Positions 13,349 to 24,895 of a DNA stretch of 64,000 nucleotides are shown here, piece by piece (position 1 is the stretch's first letter; each line of letters opens with the position of its first letter). The position numbers and the translations under genes were made by a program. The notes beneath the pieces were generated by a model. The model was not told the origin of the DNA. It searched no databases and saw nothing but the letters and a program-made list of their open reading frames with translations. The stretch comes from Selaginella moellendorffii (Eukaryota > Plantae > Lycopodiophyta), in the NCBI RefSeq assembly GCF_000143415.4, contig NW_003314274.1, positions 1,966,623-2,030,622 of the forward strand, given 5' to 3'.

Positions 13349-13410
13349 GCTCCGTCCAGAGCGTTGGTCTTATGACTCGAAGGTCATGAGTTCGAATCTC
13401 ACTAGGAGCA
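13349..13410 (+). tRNA. tRNA-Ile(TAT) pseudogene with D-arm deletion
   Basis: GCTCC..AGAGCGTTGGTCTTATGACTCGAAGGTCATGAGTTCGAATCTCACTAGGAGCA retains the anticodon arm, T-loop and 3' acceptor, but the 5' D-arm is missing. Confidence 0.7.
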
Positions 13411-13448
13411 CCTCTTCGGAGATACAAGCTTTCACAGCTTGATCGTTT

Positions 13449-13696
13449 TGTTGCAAGGCATTACACCGATGGGCGAGATGTGGTCTCCTACAGCACTAAC
13501 ACTTCTGCAAGCTGGAGTGTCTTCCCCAGCAACCTCAGACTTTGATAGGCTGATCACCACATCTGACTACGATCAGGTTGGCCTTGGTAGCAACCGGGTT
13601 AACGGGTTCTCTTGGATCGTCCAGCTGCCGCAGTTGCCTTGTCGCCACCAAGAATTTGATCCGCCCAGAACAAAGCCTATGAAAACTTTAGAATAG
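13449..13696 (+). pseudogene. Decayed tandem copy of the Gnk2/DUF26 gene
   Basis: Nucleotide match to 14452-14756 (FDRLITT, GSNRV.GFS, gccgcagttgcctt) with many small deletions. Its downstream flank also matches 14760-14880 and 15300-15640. Confidence 0.85.
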
Positions 13697-14396
13697 CGCC
13701 TGGGTGAAAAGCTGGACAGTGAATTATAAGTGTGTTATGTAAAAGGTGAATGCCATGAATTTCCTAAGGTCCCATTTCCCTCGTTGTTCCAGTCTAGAGT
13801 AAGAGAGGGTGATTTCGGTCTGAAAATCTTCCAAGTGCTTCTATCCAGAGAATGCTGCGTGTCTTATTGTAAGATCTTGGCACCCTTCTATATTTTTCCC
13901 CGAAGATTTGGAGGCGCTGTGCTTCGGAATTGCTCAGGTAGCACTCTTTTACAAAATGTCTGCTACAACGAGGTCTCCATGCCCAAGCTATTTCTTAACC
14001 TTTTTCTGATGTCCAAAGCACTTGGTGCTTGTGTAAAGAGTTGAAGGAATTCTAAGCTCCATTCACCTCGTCTTACGGCAGGCAGCGTTGCTGGTGGTTA
14101 ATATAATATTATTAATCAAATATATTTAATCTTAATATTCCCATCATTATTCAGGAAAACCATCAGCTGAACTCTTCCACATATATTATCGCATGCAAAA
14201 TGTCAAGGCTGCCGGCTCCAGCACTTTGAAATGTTCGTCGTCAACGAAAATAATCCTATAGTAGGCCATGTACTAATCCGTGTACGATGGACTTATCTTT
14301 CGCTAAAAGCATGCATCCCGAAGACTTGCCCCCTTAAATAGCGATGGCTTTGTGCTGAAATGGCATCCCTCCTCGCCAAGTATTTCCTACACTACA

Positions 14397-14756
14397 ATGG
14401 CCAAGAAGTTGTTTCTCCTTGCAATTGTCATTCCCTTGTTTGCAAGCCTGGTTGCAGGGAGATGCACCGATCAGCGAGATGTGGTCATCAGAAACCTTCG
14501 CACTTATGCAAGAGGGAGTGTCTACGGCAGCAACCTCAACCTTCTGTTTGACAGGCTGATCACCACAACAGGCTACGATCATGTTGGCTCTGGCAGCAAC
14601 CGAGTTTACGGGTTCTCCGAGTGCTATGGATCGTCCAACTGCCGCAGTTGCCTTTTGGCCGCCGTGAATTCGATCCGATCTGCAGCTCCCAGAGCAATAG
14701 GCGCTCGGATCTGCAAAGCTTTGTGCTACCTTCGTTACGAAAACTATAGAATCTGA
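14397..14756 (+). CDS. Secreted single-domain DUF26 / ginkbilobin-2-like antifungal protein
   Basis: Signal peptide, then GSVYGSNL, YGFSEC..CRSCL, AIGAR and CYLRYE, which align to Gnk2. Confidence 0.88.
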   Translation: MAKKLFLLAIVIPLFASLVAGRCTDQRDVVIRNLRTYARGSVYGSNLNLLFDRLITTTGYDHVGSGSNRVYGFSECYGSSNCRSCLLAAVNSIRSAAPRAIGARICKALCYLRYENYRI

Positions 14757-14839
14757 ACGGAGTGAAAAGCTAAATAAGAGGAGATGATGGCTTTAGCAAA
14801 AATATTATAAGTGTGTTATGTAAGGTGTTCGAAGTGAGA

Positions 14840-15240
14840 ATTTCTTAGGATCCTATTTCTCTCATTGTATTTTTCATGCTCCAGTCAAGAATAAGAGAGA
14901 TAAACTAAGCTTCTAGCGAAATACCATCAACACACTTGGGCAGGGAACAAGATTTCGAATATGTCCGCCTGAGTAACAGCAGTTCGCGGCCTAGAAACAT
15001 TTTGAGAATTTTCTAGGATCCTATTTCTCTGGAAGAGCTTGATCACCGCTTACGAAGTTCATGGTAGCGGCAAGAACATTTTTTCATGCTCCAGTCAAGA
15101 GTAAGAGAGATAAACTAAAGCTTCTAGCGAGATACCATCAACACACTTGGGCAAGGAACAAGATTTCGAATATGTCCGCCTGGGTAACAGAGTCTGGAGA
15201 CAGACTTCGCGGCCTACCACGCCCCAGAAACATTTTGAGA
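14840..15240. repeat. About 170-200-bp tandem duplication downstream of the Gnk2-like gene
   Basis: ttttcatgctccagtcaaga..ataccatcaacacacttggg..atatgtccgcctg occurs at about 14870 and 15080. Confidence 0.85.
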
Positions 15241-15756
15241 ACATATAATTGCTGAAGACATTTTGAAAGTTTAGGGTTTCGACAAAGCCCAGTCCTGGTG
15301 AGTTTTCGGTGTGGAAATCTCAACTTCTATCCAGAGCATGCTGCGTGTCTCATTGTCCTTGCTCCAGCGTTGCCAAGAGGCTCATTTGGAAGAAACTTTA
15401 AGATCTTGGCATCCTTCTTCGTCTATATTTTTCCCCGAAGATTTGTGGCTTTCCTACACCTGGAGGCGCTGTGCTTCGCACACGCTACGGGAATAATTTA
15501 TCTCCAGGTGAATGCTACTATAACGACTAACAAACGTTTGTTTTGCATGTTCCTGCGCAAGCACTCACTTACAAAATGTCTGCTACAACGAGGTAAAATA
15601 TGCCCAGGCTATTTCTTGATGTCCAAAACATTTGGTGCTTCTCAGTTTGTCTCTACTCGAGTTTTTATGTATTGTCTGGCCTCTTTCTATTTGCACCAGC
15701 AACTCGAGCCTCGTTTTGTTTGTCATTTCTCCAATCAATTTCTCACTATACGATCT

Positions 15757-16283
15757 GCAGAACTATGAGCGGTTACATTCATTGCATCGGTCGAACTGGT
15801 CGAGCTGGGAATGCTGAGGTAGCTATTTCTTTTGTAAGTCGCTCTCGTGCAGCTTCTCAATTGTCAGGAATTTTCAACCTCAAGAGTCTTCGAGCTGGAG
15901 ATTAGTTTGGCACTGGCCTGAAGTTTACACCCGAGGCGTAACGACTTGACAGAAGCTCGGGCGAAGAACTCTGAAAGATGGGAACGTATGTCTTTTTCGC
16001 TGCGCAGCTACTAAACCGTAAGACTTCAGCCTTTTCAGGATCCTCTGGCAGAGGGACGAGCGAAGAAATCTCCCAACGCTCGGACTTATACCAAGAAGTA
16101 AAGTCGATTGGCGTAAGCGCTCTGTTCGGGATTCGTTGTTTTGAGCGTTGACTCGGTGATATTTCTTGCAGAAAAAATGGAAAAAAAAAAAACAAAAAAA
16201 AAACAGAACGCGTGGTGGGAAATCTGGTCGGGCACAACTACCAGGCAGGTTTCATAAGAATGCACATTCGTCGAAGAGAACAC
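15757..16283 (+). pseudogene. Decayed duplicate of the 3' end of RH16
   Basis: [21 protein letters not shown] plus a gtaagt donor and the last-exon sequence aagaatgcacattcgtcgaagaga match 10340-11255, with large deletions. Confidence 0.85.
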
Positions 16284-16431
16284 ATCAGCAGCAGAAACTG
16301 TGAATGCGGTAAGTGCTCTCTTTCGGACTGGCTCACGTGAAACTTTGCAGACTCGTTATTGGCACTGAATAAAAGGCTACGATATATATGCGCAGGAAAA
16401 AGTATTCTGGCGCAAGGAAGCCTATAATTCT

Positions 16432-18748
16432 TCAAGTGTCTACGAGCACTCGTTCTTCGTACTCACAGGGTTGAAGTGCATTTTCCTGTCAAGCAAAAGC
16501 GCGAGTCAGGAAAGGTAAGCCATTTACAAGTGAAGGACAAAAGGGACTTACTTCCGAGTATCTTAGGTGACCGGGTCTCAGCTTGCGTGATTTGACGGTG
16601 GCTTCCCATTTCGCGTTCTTTTGCTCGACCGAAGGAGACTGCGGAAGAGCCTTCCAGAGCCAGGAATGAGAAGGCGATTTCGGTGGCAGCAGCGGCGACG
16701 TTCCACCCGTCGGGGAGTTTGATCCGTTGTTTCTGGCCGGGGACTGTAGTGGCAACTCAAGCGTCGCCGGTCTGTCGAAGCCGGAGTGCGTTGAAGGTGG
16801 CCGGCTCCAGTGAACTTCTTTCTTCCTGGCCGGACTGGTTTCGCCATTCGCTACGGCGGCTTTGGAAGTCTCCTGATGGTTAAGCAACCATCCTGGACTT
16901 GGCGAAGTGGCAACGTTTTTATCAGCGGTCACCAGCAGGTTGGTTTCCAGCCGCTTCGCGAGAGTAGCAGGCACGACGAGCTCCGTAACTCTCCGCTGGT
17001 TGGAGTTCCTGTCAACGACCCATGGACAGAAGCCATCGTTCCTATACGGGTCCTCGGGAGGCTTGTAGTTCTCCGGCAGCCCCAGGAAGCCTTTGGCCTC
17101 GTGCAGCGGCGACACGGAGCCTCTATAGTACGAAGAGTTCTCGGGCTTTTGCGGACTCACCGGGGGCTTGTTGCCAAAGGTGCTGTCGCAGTCGTAGAAG
17201 GTTTCGTGGCTCTTCGGCGGCAGCTTTCGTGGGGAATCCAGCTTGGTCGCTGCTGCTTTACGAGGCTGGCGGTTTTGTTTCGGACGGGGGCACTTTCTAT
17301 CATCTTCCGTTTCGGTCTCGGAGGCCTCGCTCTGTGGACAACAACCGAATCAGTTCGCTCAAAAAGATGGCAGGAGTTGCGACAGAAAACAAGTATTTTA
17401 CCTCGTGACGTATGGTCAGGCCGCCGTTCACCTTCTTCACAAAGATGCTCGTGTGGAAGTCGTCCGTGGCGAACCGGTTACGGGCCCTGTCGCTGGAGCG
17501 TCTCAGTCTGGACGACGGATACTGGGGACGGAGGTGCCGGAGCGCGAACGAGAAGAAGCCGCAAGCTTTCAGCGCGAAGAAGTCGTCATGCTCGGTGGTG
17601 GTGGTGGTGGTGACGGCGGCGGCGGCGGCGGCGGCCTTGTCGGAGCTGCGAGGGATGCTACTGGCGAACTTGTACTGATACGTTTGGATCCTCTCCACAC
17701 TCGCCGCGACTTGGTTCCGGGGGCTGCTGGTACTGTGAGGACTACTCAACTTGGCCAAGTTGGCCTGCTGGGAATTGTTACCGCGCGGCTTGGGAGAGAA
17801 GGAGGAAACCAGCGGCGAGGCGAAGGGCGTGGACGAGGCGGACTCGTCGGCCATGGCCTTGGCAGCAGGCAGGAACCTGCGGAGTATGAAATCCCGAGCC
17901 GCCGGGTCGTCGCTCGAGAGATTGGTGGGCGACTTGCGATACGCTGGTGGATCTAGCCTCAAGCTTTCACTTTGCCGAGCGTCGGAGGACAATGCATCGT
18001 CTACCTGAACTAGCTGCTGCTGCTGCTCGTCCGACTCACCGGTGGAAGACGGGACGCCTTTGCTCTTGAAGAGCTCCCCAAGCTGCTGCCTTTGCTTGCC
18101 GCGAGGCGGCGAATCCTTGCGCAAATCCGGTGGTGGTGGCGACTTTTTCCTCTGCCTCGGCTGCCGCAGCGGCTGAGCTTTCACATCGGCTACAGAGTGT
18201 TTCCTCTGCTGCTCCTGTTGGTGGTGGTGGCGGTGGTGGCGGTGGTGGCGATATGAATCCGTGGTGGCGGGACGAGCAGGGGTCCAGGTGGTGGCTGTTC
18301 TTCCCGGGGGCAGTGAAGGCGAGGAGCATGAGTTTCGAGCAGCGGCAGCAAAGTCGGTGTTGGCAGCGGGAGGCTCGAACTTAGGCCGTCCGGGCGTCCT
18401 CTCCCATACAAACGGCACCGCGCCAGGACTCCTCAGCGATCCCCAGCAAGCGCCCTCGTCCTCGTCGTCCTCTTTACTCACCTGGGGGCTGTCGCAGAAT
18501 TCACTCCTTCGGTTCATCAATCCCCACCTTTGCTGCTGCTGCTGGAGGAGCTGATGCTGGTGGTGAGATTGCTGCTGCTGCTGCTGCTGCTGGATTTGCT
18601 CGTCGTCTGACGATGATGCCTCCAGGTGGTGCCTCCGGATCGACATGAGGGGTGCATTTAGATCCAACTTCTTCTCCCGGAGGAACTCCTGGGATTGCTG
18701 CTGCTGCTGCTGTAGGAGCTGCTGCTGGATAATGCTCGAGAACACCAT
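16432..18748 (-). CDS. DUF688 family protein with polyQ/polyH tracts
   Basis: KLDLNAPLMSIRR, SPGAVPFVWERTPGRPK, AARDFILRRFLPAAKAMA, KACGF, PKSPSHSWL and HLRYSE; 2 introns. Confidence 0.88.
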
Positions 18749-20025
18749 CGCTGGAGTCTAGCTTCTACCAGGTAAGCAAATCTTTTCTTTTCTCCTTTTT
18801 TTTTTTCTCCTTCGCTACCTCATAGTCGTCAACGATTTCCTTCTTTTCCCCGATCCAGGAACAGCTACATTGATCCAAATCTCCATCGCTGGCTCTCGCA
18901 ATGCCGAAACTCTGGATCGATCAAGCGAAACACAGAAAAGAATAAGAAGAAGAGAGGTAAGTATTTCTATCCTCGTGGAGGTTTAATATATGTTTTCCTC
19001 CCAGCCAAACGAAGAAACACCAAGAGTGTGATCGCGAGGCGTAGCTCAACAAGGAACTACCACCGATTCCCATAGAACCTGCATTGCCCCCCCATCCCAT
19101 CGTGTGCATCGCTCACAACACAGATAAAATAGAAGAAGCGAACACCACAAGAACGAGAAAACTGGAAGAACGAAAAAAAAACAGAGAGTAAAAGCCGTCG
19201 GATATTCCGGCGATATAAAGCCGTCGGATATTCTGTCTGATCCAGACACGTGACGGGGATATTCTGGTCCGTCAACTTTGGCTGGCCCATGCAAGGAAAT
19301 TCCTGTGTGTGTAAAGGACCATGGGATTAAACATAGAAGATTGGACCAACCAAGTCGAGACACAGCATGCAAGGCCACAGTGTCTTACATGTGTAAGGGG
19401 GAACCAAGAAGCCTGTCATGGGCATTTGCAGTAATTATTTTTTCCTGAGGTTATTTTTCTCGTTTTTCCCTTTGTACGGAGATTGACAGTGGCTTTCGTA
19501 GATCTCCGTCCATTTTACTGCTGATTGGGATTTTCTTGATTTTGCTTTTGGGATTGCGATCGCCTACCAACCGTCCGTTCTTTGATTTTTTACCGACTGT
19601 TGAAAGCGCGAGCGGCGAGGCTCGCTCGCGTTACTCATCACGTACTGGATTTTGAGCTACCCGGGGGTGAATCGTAATGATCTTTTCTAGAATCTCACGT
19701 CGAGGCAAACGTAATTGGCGATTTAGATGTTAGCATGGATGAAATTGTTTTCTTATGGTTTTATTTTCTGTTGGAGAGTGTTTGGTGAAAAATAGCACCG
19801 GACCCACGTGAGAAATCACAAAACAAAGACCACCCAGTCGACCAGCGATCCATCAGTTAGGTTTGCAATTGAGGAGAAACTGGAAGGATTGGGATTGCTT
19901 GCACCCCAAAACCAATCGCGATCTGGGCCCTCTAGATTCGATCAATCGATTGATTTGCCACACTTCCTTGCTAATGCCGAGGGTGATGTCTCATGCCTTT
20001 GACGCCAAGCAACTTAATCGTGTCA

Positions 20026-20200
20026 AGTCAATGCACAGTAGTCAACGCCACCGCAAAGACCAAACACTAAAGTCAACGTCCCCTTTAGAAGTCAACCACC
20101 GTGACGTTTACATTTTCCGTCGGTCAACTCCCTATTCCATGCTGAGCCACATCGGTCAACTAAAGCTAGATTTTTCAGTTAACATTTTGACCATAGTCAA
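20026..20200. promoter_or_regulatory. Cluster of 8 W-box cores (TTGACY) in 175 bp
   Basis: AGTCAA at 20026, 20040, 20071, 20090 and 20195; GGTCAA at 20122 and 20154; TTGACC at 20187. Confidence 0.5.
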
Positions 20201-20224
20201 CGCCGAGGAATTTTTAGAAGCACT

Positions 20225-21555
20225 TCTCCTCTTCTTCCTTGCTGCGCACTGCCTGGGCCGTGCCGCCTCGGCATCGCCCAGCGCCTTGCCCAGCTTCCTC
20301 GTCACGGCCTCATACACCGATTTCTCCTTGCGGGCCATCTCCTCGAGCTTGGCCACCTTGCTCGCCAGCTCCTTGATCTCGTCCTGCTGCCTCACCAGCG
20401 AGCGCCGATCCTCCTTCGACTTCCCGGTCGCCTTCGCGGACGAATCCATCCGGGACGAGGACGAGAACTGGACGTTGATGAAGCTGAACACCTCTGCTTC
20501 CTCCAGTGCTTTGCTCGCGCGTCTCGCCTCGGCAAATTTCCTGTCCCGCTTCCTCTTGTCGCCGCGGGATTTCTTCTTTGCGTGTGGAGTGGACTCGCTC
20601 ACGAAGTCGAGGGATGTCTTTGGTGGCAGGGCTCGGACCCGGAGAGGTGTGAGCCCCTGGCCGCTTGTCCCAAGGCCAGAGCCTTGCTTGTATCCCATCT
20701 TGGCCATGAGCTTGGAACCCACTCCTCTCCAGTTGGCGAACTCCTGTCTGGGTTTGCTGGTATCCTGAGAAAGTCCCGATTCCTGGCAAGATTTCTTCGT
20801 CGTCGCTTGACTCGTCACTGCTGCTGCTGCTGCTAGTGCTTCTCGAATCTGTCACCGCTGCATACTCGCTGAGAGCTAAAGTTTCTTTTTCGACGATCGC
20901 TTTGCTGCCATCGTCGCTGAAAACCACATTCACCACTTGGAGCTGATCCACCAGCTTCTCGACTTCGGCATCACGCCAAAGACCTGTTCCATCGTCGGTG
21001 GAGCTGCAAGCCAGGACTGTAGAGCCGATCTCTATCTCTTGCCATCTTACGCCTGGAACCTGTTAAACGTGTCATGGAAAGTTCTCTCTCATTTTTTTAC
21101 CATGGGAGGAACGACAGCTTTAGCCATATCGGCTGCGCCCCTGGAAGAAGAAGCTGCAAATCTGCACACTCGGCCGGATGTCGTCAGTTTTTCATTCTCA
21201 AAAACCACTAAAACAACGAAAGAACTGGAATACAACATGCATTTTCTCATTTGTTGGCGTCAGAAAAGAAACACGAGCGTTTGTGCCATCTTCCATCAGT
21301 GTGTCGAAAGCGGCGTAACAACAAAGTGCTGCTCTCATTGTTGTTGTTGTTGTTCGTCTTTATTGCAAGCGAGTCATTCTTTCGACGAACCGAACTGGAG
21401 AAGCAGGCGGCGACGCTTGAGAGACAGCAAGCTTTCCTCGACCTCCTCGACCCTCCTCGACAAATCCTCTCGCAGCTACGTTAAGAAAAATACTTCCTGA
21501 TAACGCTCACAAAGATATACTTACCGCCTGATTCCCAGGTTCGTGGAGCACTGTG
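20225..21555 (-). pseudogene. Decayed duplicate of the CCCH/G-patch gene
   Basis: Near-identical to 25871-27450 including introns, but with many small deletions and frameshifts; the 5' end is lost. Confidence 0.93.
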
Positions 21556-21898
21556 GGAGCGACATTCTTACAAGCCGCGACACGAGACGATCCGCGGGAG
21601 AGGCTTCGCAACACCGATGACACGATATCGGCCCCATGGCAGATTGGAGTCCAGCCGATCGAATTGTCCCGCAGTCTCCTCGGGTGTTCGGGCCGCCGCC
21701 TCCCCGCGTGCTCCAGCTGAAGTTCTTGCCAGCGTAGTCATTCTTAAGCTCCGATCAGAAGGAGGCGGGGAGTGTACGAGCACTAAATTCAAAATAAAAC
21801 GTCTTTACAATCATGCGTGGATTTGGAAGACAGACTTTTCATGGAACATATTGAAACTATAATATTTTTAGACTATACCAGTGCTAGAATATTCTGCG

Positions 21899-23535
21899 AT
21901 GACGCGGGTATGGGGGAAAACGGATCCCTTCGCCTTCCCGGCGAGCGAGTTTCACTTCGGTTTGTTGCGAGCCGTGGAGCCTTTCTTACGAGTCCACCGC
22001 ACAACGGCTGCCTCCCAGCTTGGCCCGAACGATAAGTTCAAGGGCGGGCAAATGAACAGGGATGCGCTTGACACATGCCTGCAAGTGATAACTCCTTCCA
22101 TGGTGGATTATGAGAGGTATGCTCCTTTCTTTTGTCACGAGTGTTGCTAAGCTGATATGGTTTTGCTGAGAGAAACGTACAATCCAGGTCCCCCTGCAAA
22201 GGGTTCGGGGCTGGATTGTACCTTCTCAAAGCAAAACCTTGCTTTTCTCTACACAGGAGTTTTAAAGAACCTCGCACGGAGCTCAACGTGCGACCGAGGC
22301 ATCTGGAACTTATCCGCCAAGTGGAGAAGTTCACAAGGCCAACAGAATTGGCATTGTATGAAGATGACGCAGCAATGGCCGAGGAAGTTGGCGATGAAAA
22401 TGAACTTGGTCAGAAGGGCTTCACTATCACGCTGGCGGCTGGAGACGAGGACGACAAGCTGGTCGCCAAAGTTTACAGAGGCAAAGAAGTTGAGGAAGCT
22501 CCTGGTGGCAGCTCGACCGACGATGAAGAGGGGCTTCACATGGATACGGAAGCTGCTCCAGAGGACGTCCCGGACAAGGGTAGGACCGATGCTAGAGTTT
22601 TTGTTTTCAACGAAGGGCCACGCAACCGCGCGGATGAGCTGGAGAAACCTTACTTGTCAGCACAACGTTGTACGCTGGTCGGTGAATTCAAAGACGACGA
22701 GGATTGGAACGCAATCGCTCAAGCTGCAGCATATGCACGAGTAGAAGCACGGCGGAACTTGTCAAGCCGGCACTACAAGCCACGTAAGCGATCTTTGTTA
22801 GCAAATCTCTCCGGAAGCGCCTCATTCTTGCAGTGTATCTCCTGGCGTTCTCAAAGACGAAATTCACATATGCAATCCTGAAACCAGAGGGGTACATCTT
22901 AACAGGAGGAAACAAAGTCACTGATGCTGCATACGCAGGTACGCAGCAGTTTGGTGTGTATCTGTTATCATGAACGAACCACCTCTTTCAGATTTTGTCA
23001 ACACTACAAATCCAGGGAGCACCCCTTGGCCCAAAAAAACGATGGACACCATGCTTGAGGCTGGCATCTCATACCTCCGAAGAAACTACAGTGACAAGAG
23101 AAATCCGAAATACCCCAAGCGTGCTTATGTTGTTGGCGACTTGTTGGTTGCTCCACAGGTGGTCTTCCTTTGGTTGGTTCTGTGCTTGACTGGTAATGGT
23201 ATTGCAATGTGCAGTGGTATACGCTGCCGAGCACCGAGGTCATGGATGGCTTCTTCTCGCCAGACGCCAAGAAGTTCTACGAGGGACTGCTGCGTATCGC
23301 AGTGGGCGACAGGGTGCTCAAATTCACTCCATACCATGTAATGGCGGCTCTGAGTGTGAGGATGGCCATGAGTACCAAGACGAGCGCTTTCCTGGGGGCC
23401 GATTTTTCAAAGGGCTTAGCGGCTATGCAAGGGGCCCGAGCGTTTGAAATTGCTGCCCTTGGTGGGTTTCGTGTCGGGAAGCTCCTACGAGAGACTGTGG
23501 AAGATGGTGACACTAAGAGGCAGCGTCTCATGTAA
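21899..23535 (+). CDS. Spliced gene encoding a putative PD-(D/E)xK restriction-endonuclease-fold protein (at least 445 aa)
   Basis: Exons 21899-22116, 22257-22783, 22834-22938, 22992-23158 and 23215-23535 join in frame through GT-AG introns. Motifs are GRTD (22579-90), LVGEFK (EFK at 22684-92) and AIAQAAAY (Q 22720, Y 22732), followed by hydrophobic strands PLYLLAF..FTYAIL. The gene may extend 5' (exon from 21617) and 3' (donor 23532, TACTAAC branch point, acceptor 23628). Confidence 0.65.
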
Positions 23536-24374
23536 ATCATACAAAATCTAGAGTATCACTGCTTAACTAATACCAATCAAATATCTTCTCCCGCTCCAAA
23601 CAATGTCATCTTTGTACTAACTTTGCAGATTTCCTCAGTATTTTATGCCACCAATCACCAAAGAAGCTAGCGACATCACGAGAAAATCTTCCGAGTTGAA
23701 GCCGGAGCCCATGGTATTCGGCACTTGCATGGTAGGGGAGGCCGGGAACCATTCACAAAAGAAACATCCAGTCCGTAAACATGGTTTGTCTAATATATAT
23801 GAAGTTGTGTTTACAATCTACTTTAGTCTCGAGATTACCAAAGATCTCTATGTTCCTGGCTCGCCATCTTTTGTCCATTTCTAAAGATTATCGGGTGTAG
23901 TTGTTCAGTCAAATGAAAGTGCTGGTTCGGAAGATTCGAACGGTTTTCTTCAAGGAAATGATGCCTGAATATTCAGCCTCCTCTTCGCTGGGAATCTCCA
24001 GCTCCAGATACTTATTGAATTTTAATTTAACTATGTATCCTAGCAGACTAGGGGATCAAAGTCGCCACTTCCTGAGGAACCGCCACCATGGATTCCACCA
24101 CCGCTAGCAGATTTCCCTCAATGTGTAGAGCACAATGCGTCAGAATCTCCAGGTATTTCAAATTCAGAGACTAATATCATAAGTTTTACAGAAGAAGAAG
24201 CAAGCAATGATCTAGATAGAACCAACAGTCCAGGATAAGATCACGCATGAACATTCGAAGACTATTTCTGCTATGTAAAACGGGCTGGTTGCATATGAAG
24301 AATTGCAAGAGCCCGAATAGTACATGGAAACCAACAAGAGACATTTTACAGTATCATGATCACGCCGCTCAGGT

Positions 24375-24895
24375 GAGCCACTAAGTTTACAGGAAGCAAT
24401 GGGAGGATCAAAGAGCTTTCACTGGAAGGCAGCCATGTAGAGTGAGTATAATGCTCAATTTAAAAATGATTCCTGGAGGCTTGTTCCTCACAAGTCTGTA
24501 AGGGCCTGATCGTACAGTGTATGTGGGCCACGGTTGATACCCAAAGGTTGTACTCAATGAGGAGGAGTCAACTACAACGAGATATTTTCACCAGTTGAAG
24601 ATGGTTTCAGTTCGTTATTTTCTTGTTATAGCCAATCATTTAGACTTAGATGCGGACGGTAAGAATGCCTTCCTCAACTGAAAGCTTGATTAACAAGTCT
24701 ATATGCAACAGCCCCCAACATTTAAGAGATCAAAGGAAAAGAACAATACATTTGCATTCTATTTATATTGATTAAAGCAGATCGAGTACAATACTTTGAA
24801 TAAGTTTTTTTCTACACTCTGGTTTTTCTTGAATTGAGGCTGACTGGAATCTCTATTACTACGTCCATGACCAATGATCCTGGTGTGTGTCTAAG
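24375..24895 (+). mobile_element. Ty1/copia reverse transcriptase relic
   Basis: EPLSLQEAM..WKAAM*SEYNAQFKNDSWRLVP, KGCTQ*GGVNYNEIFSPV and KNAFLN*KLD*QVYMQQP are RVT_2 motifs with stops. Confidence 0.85.

Noticed and set aside
19863-20768. 301-aa plus-strand ORF
   Set aside because: Antisense to the G-patch pseudogene, and mirrored by 25902-26696 over the intact copy.
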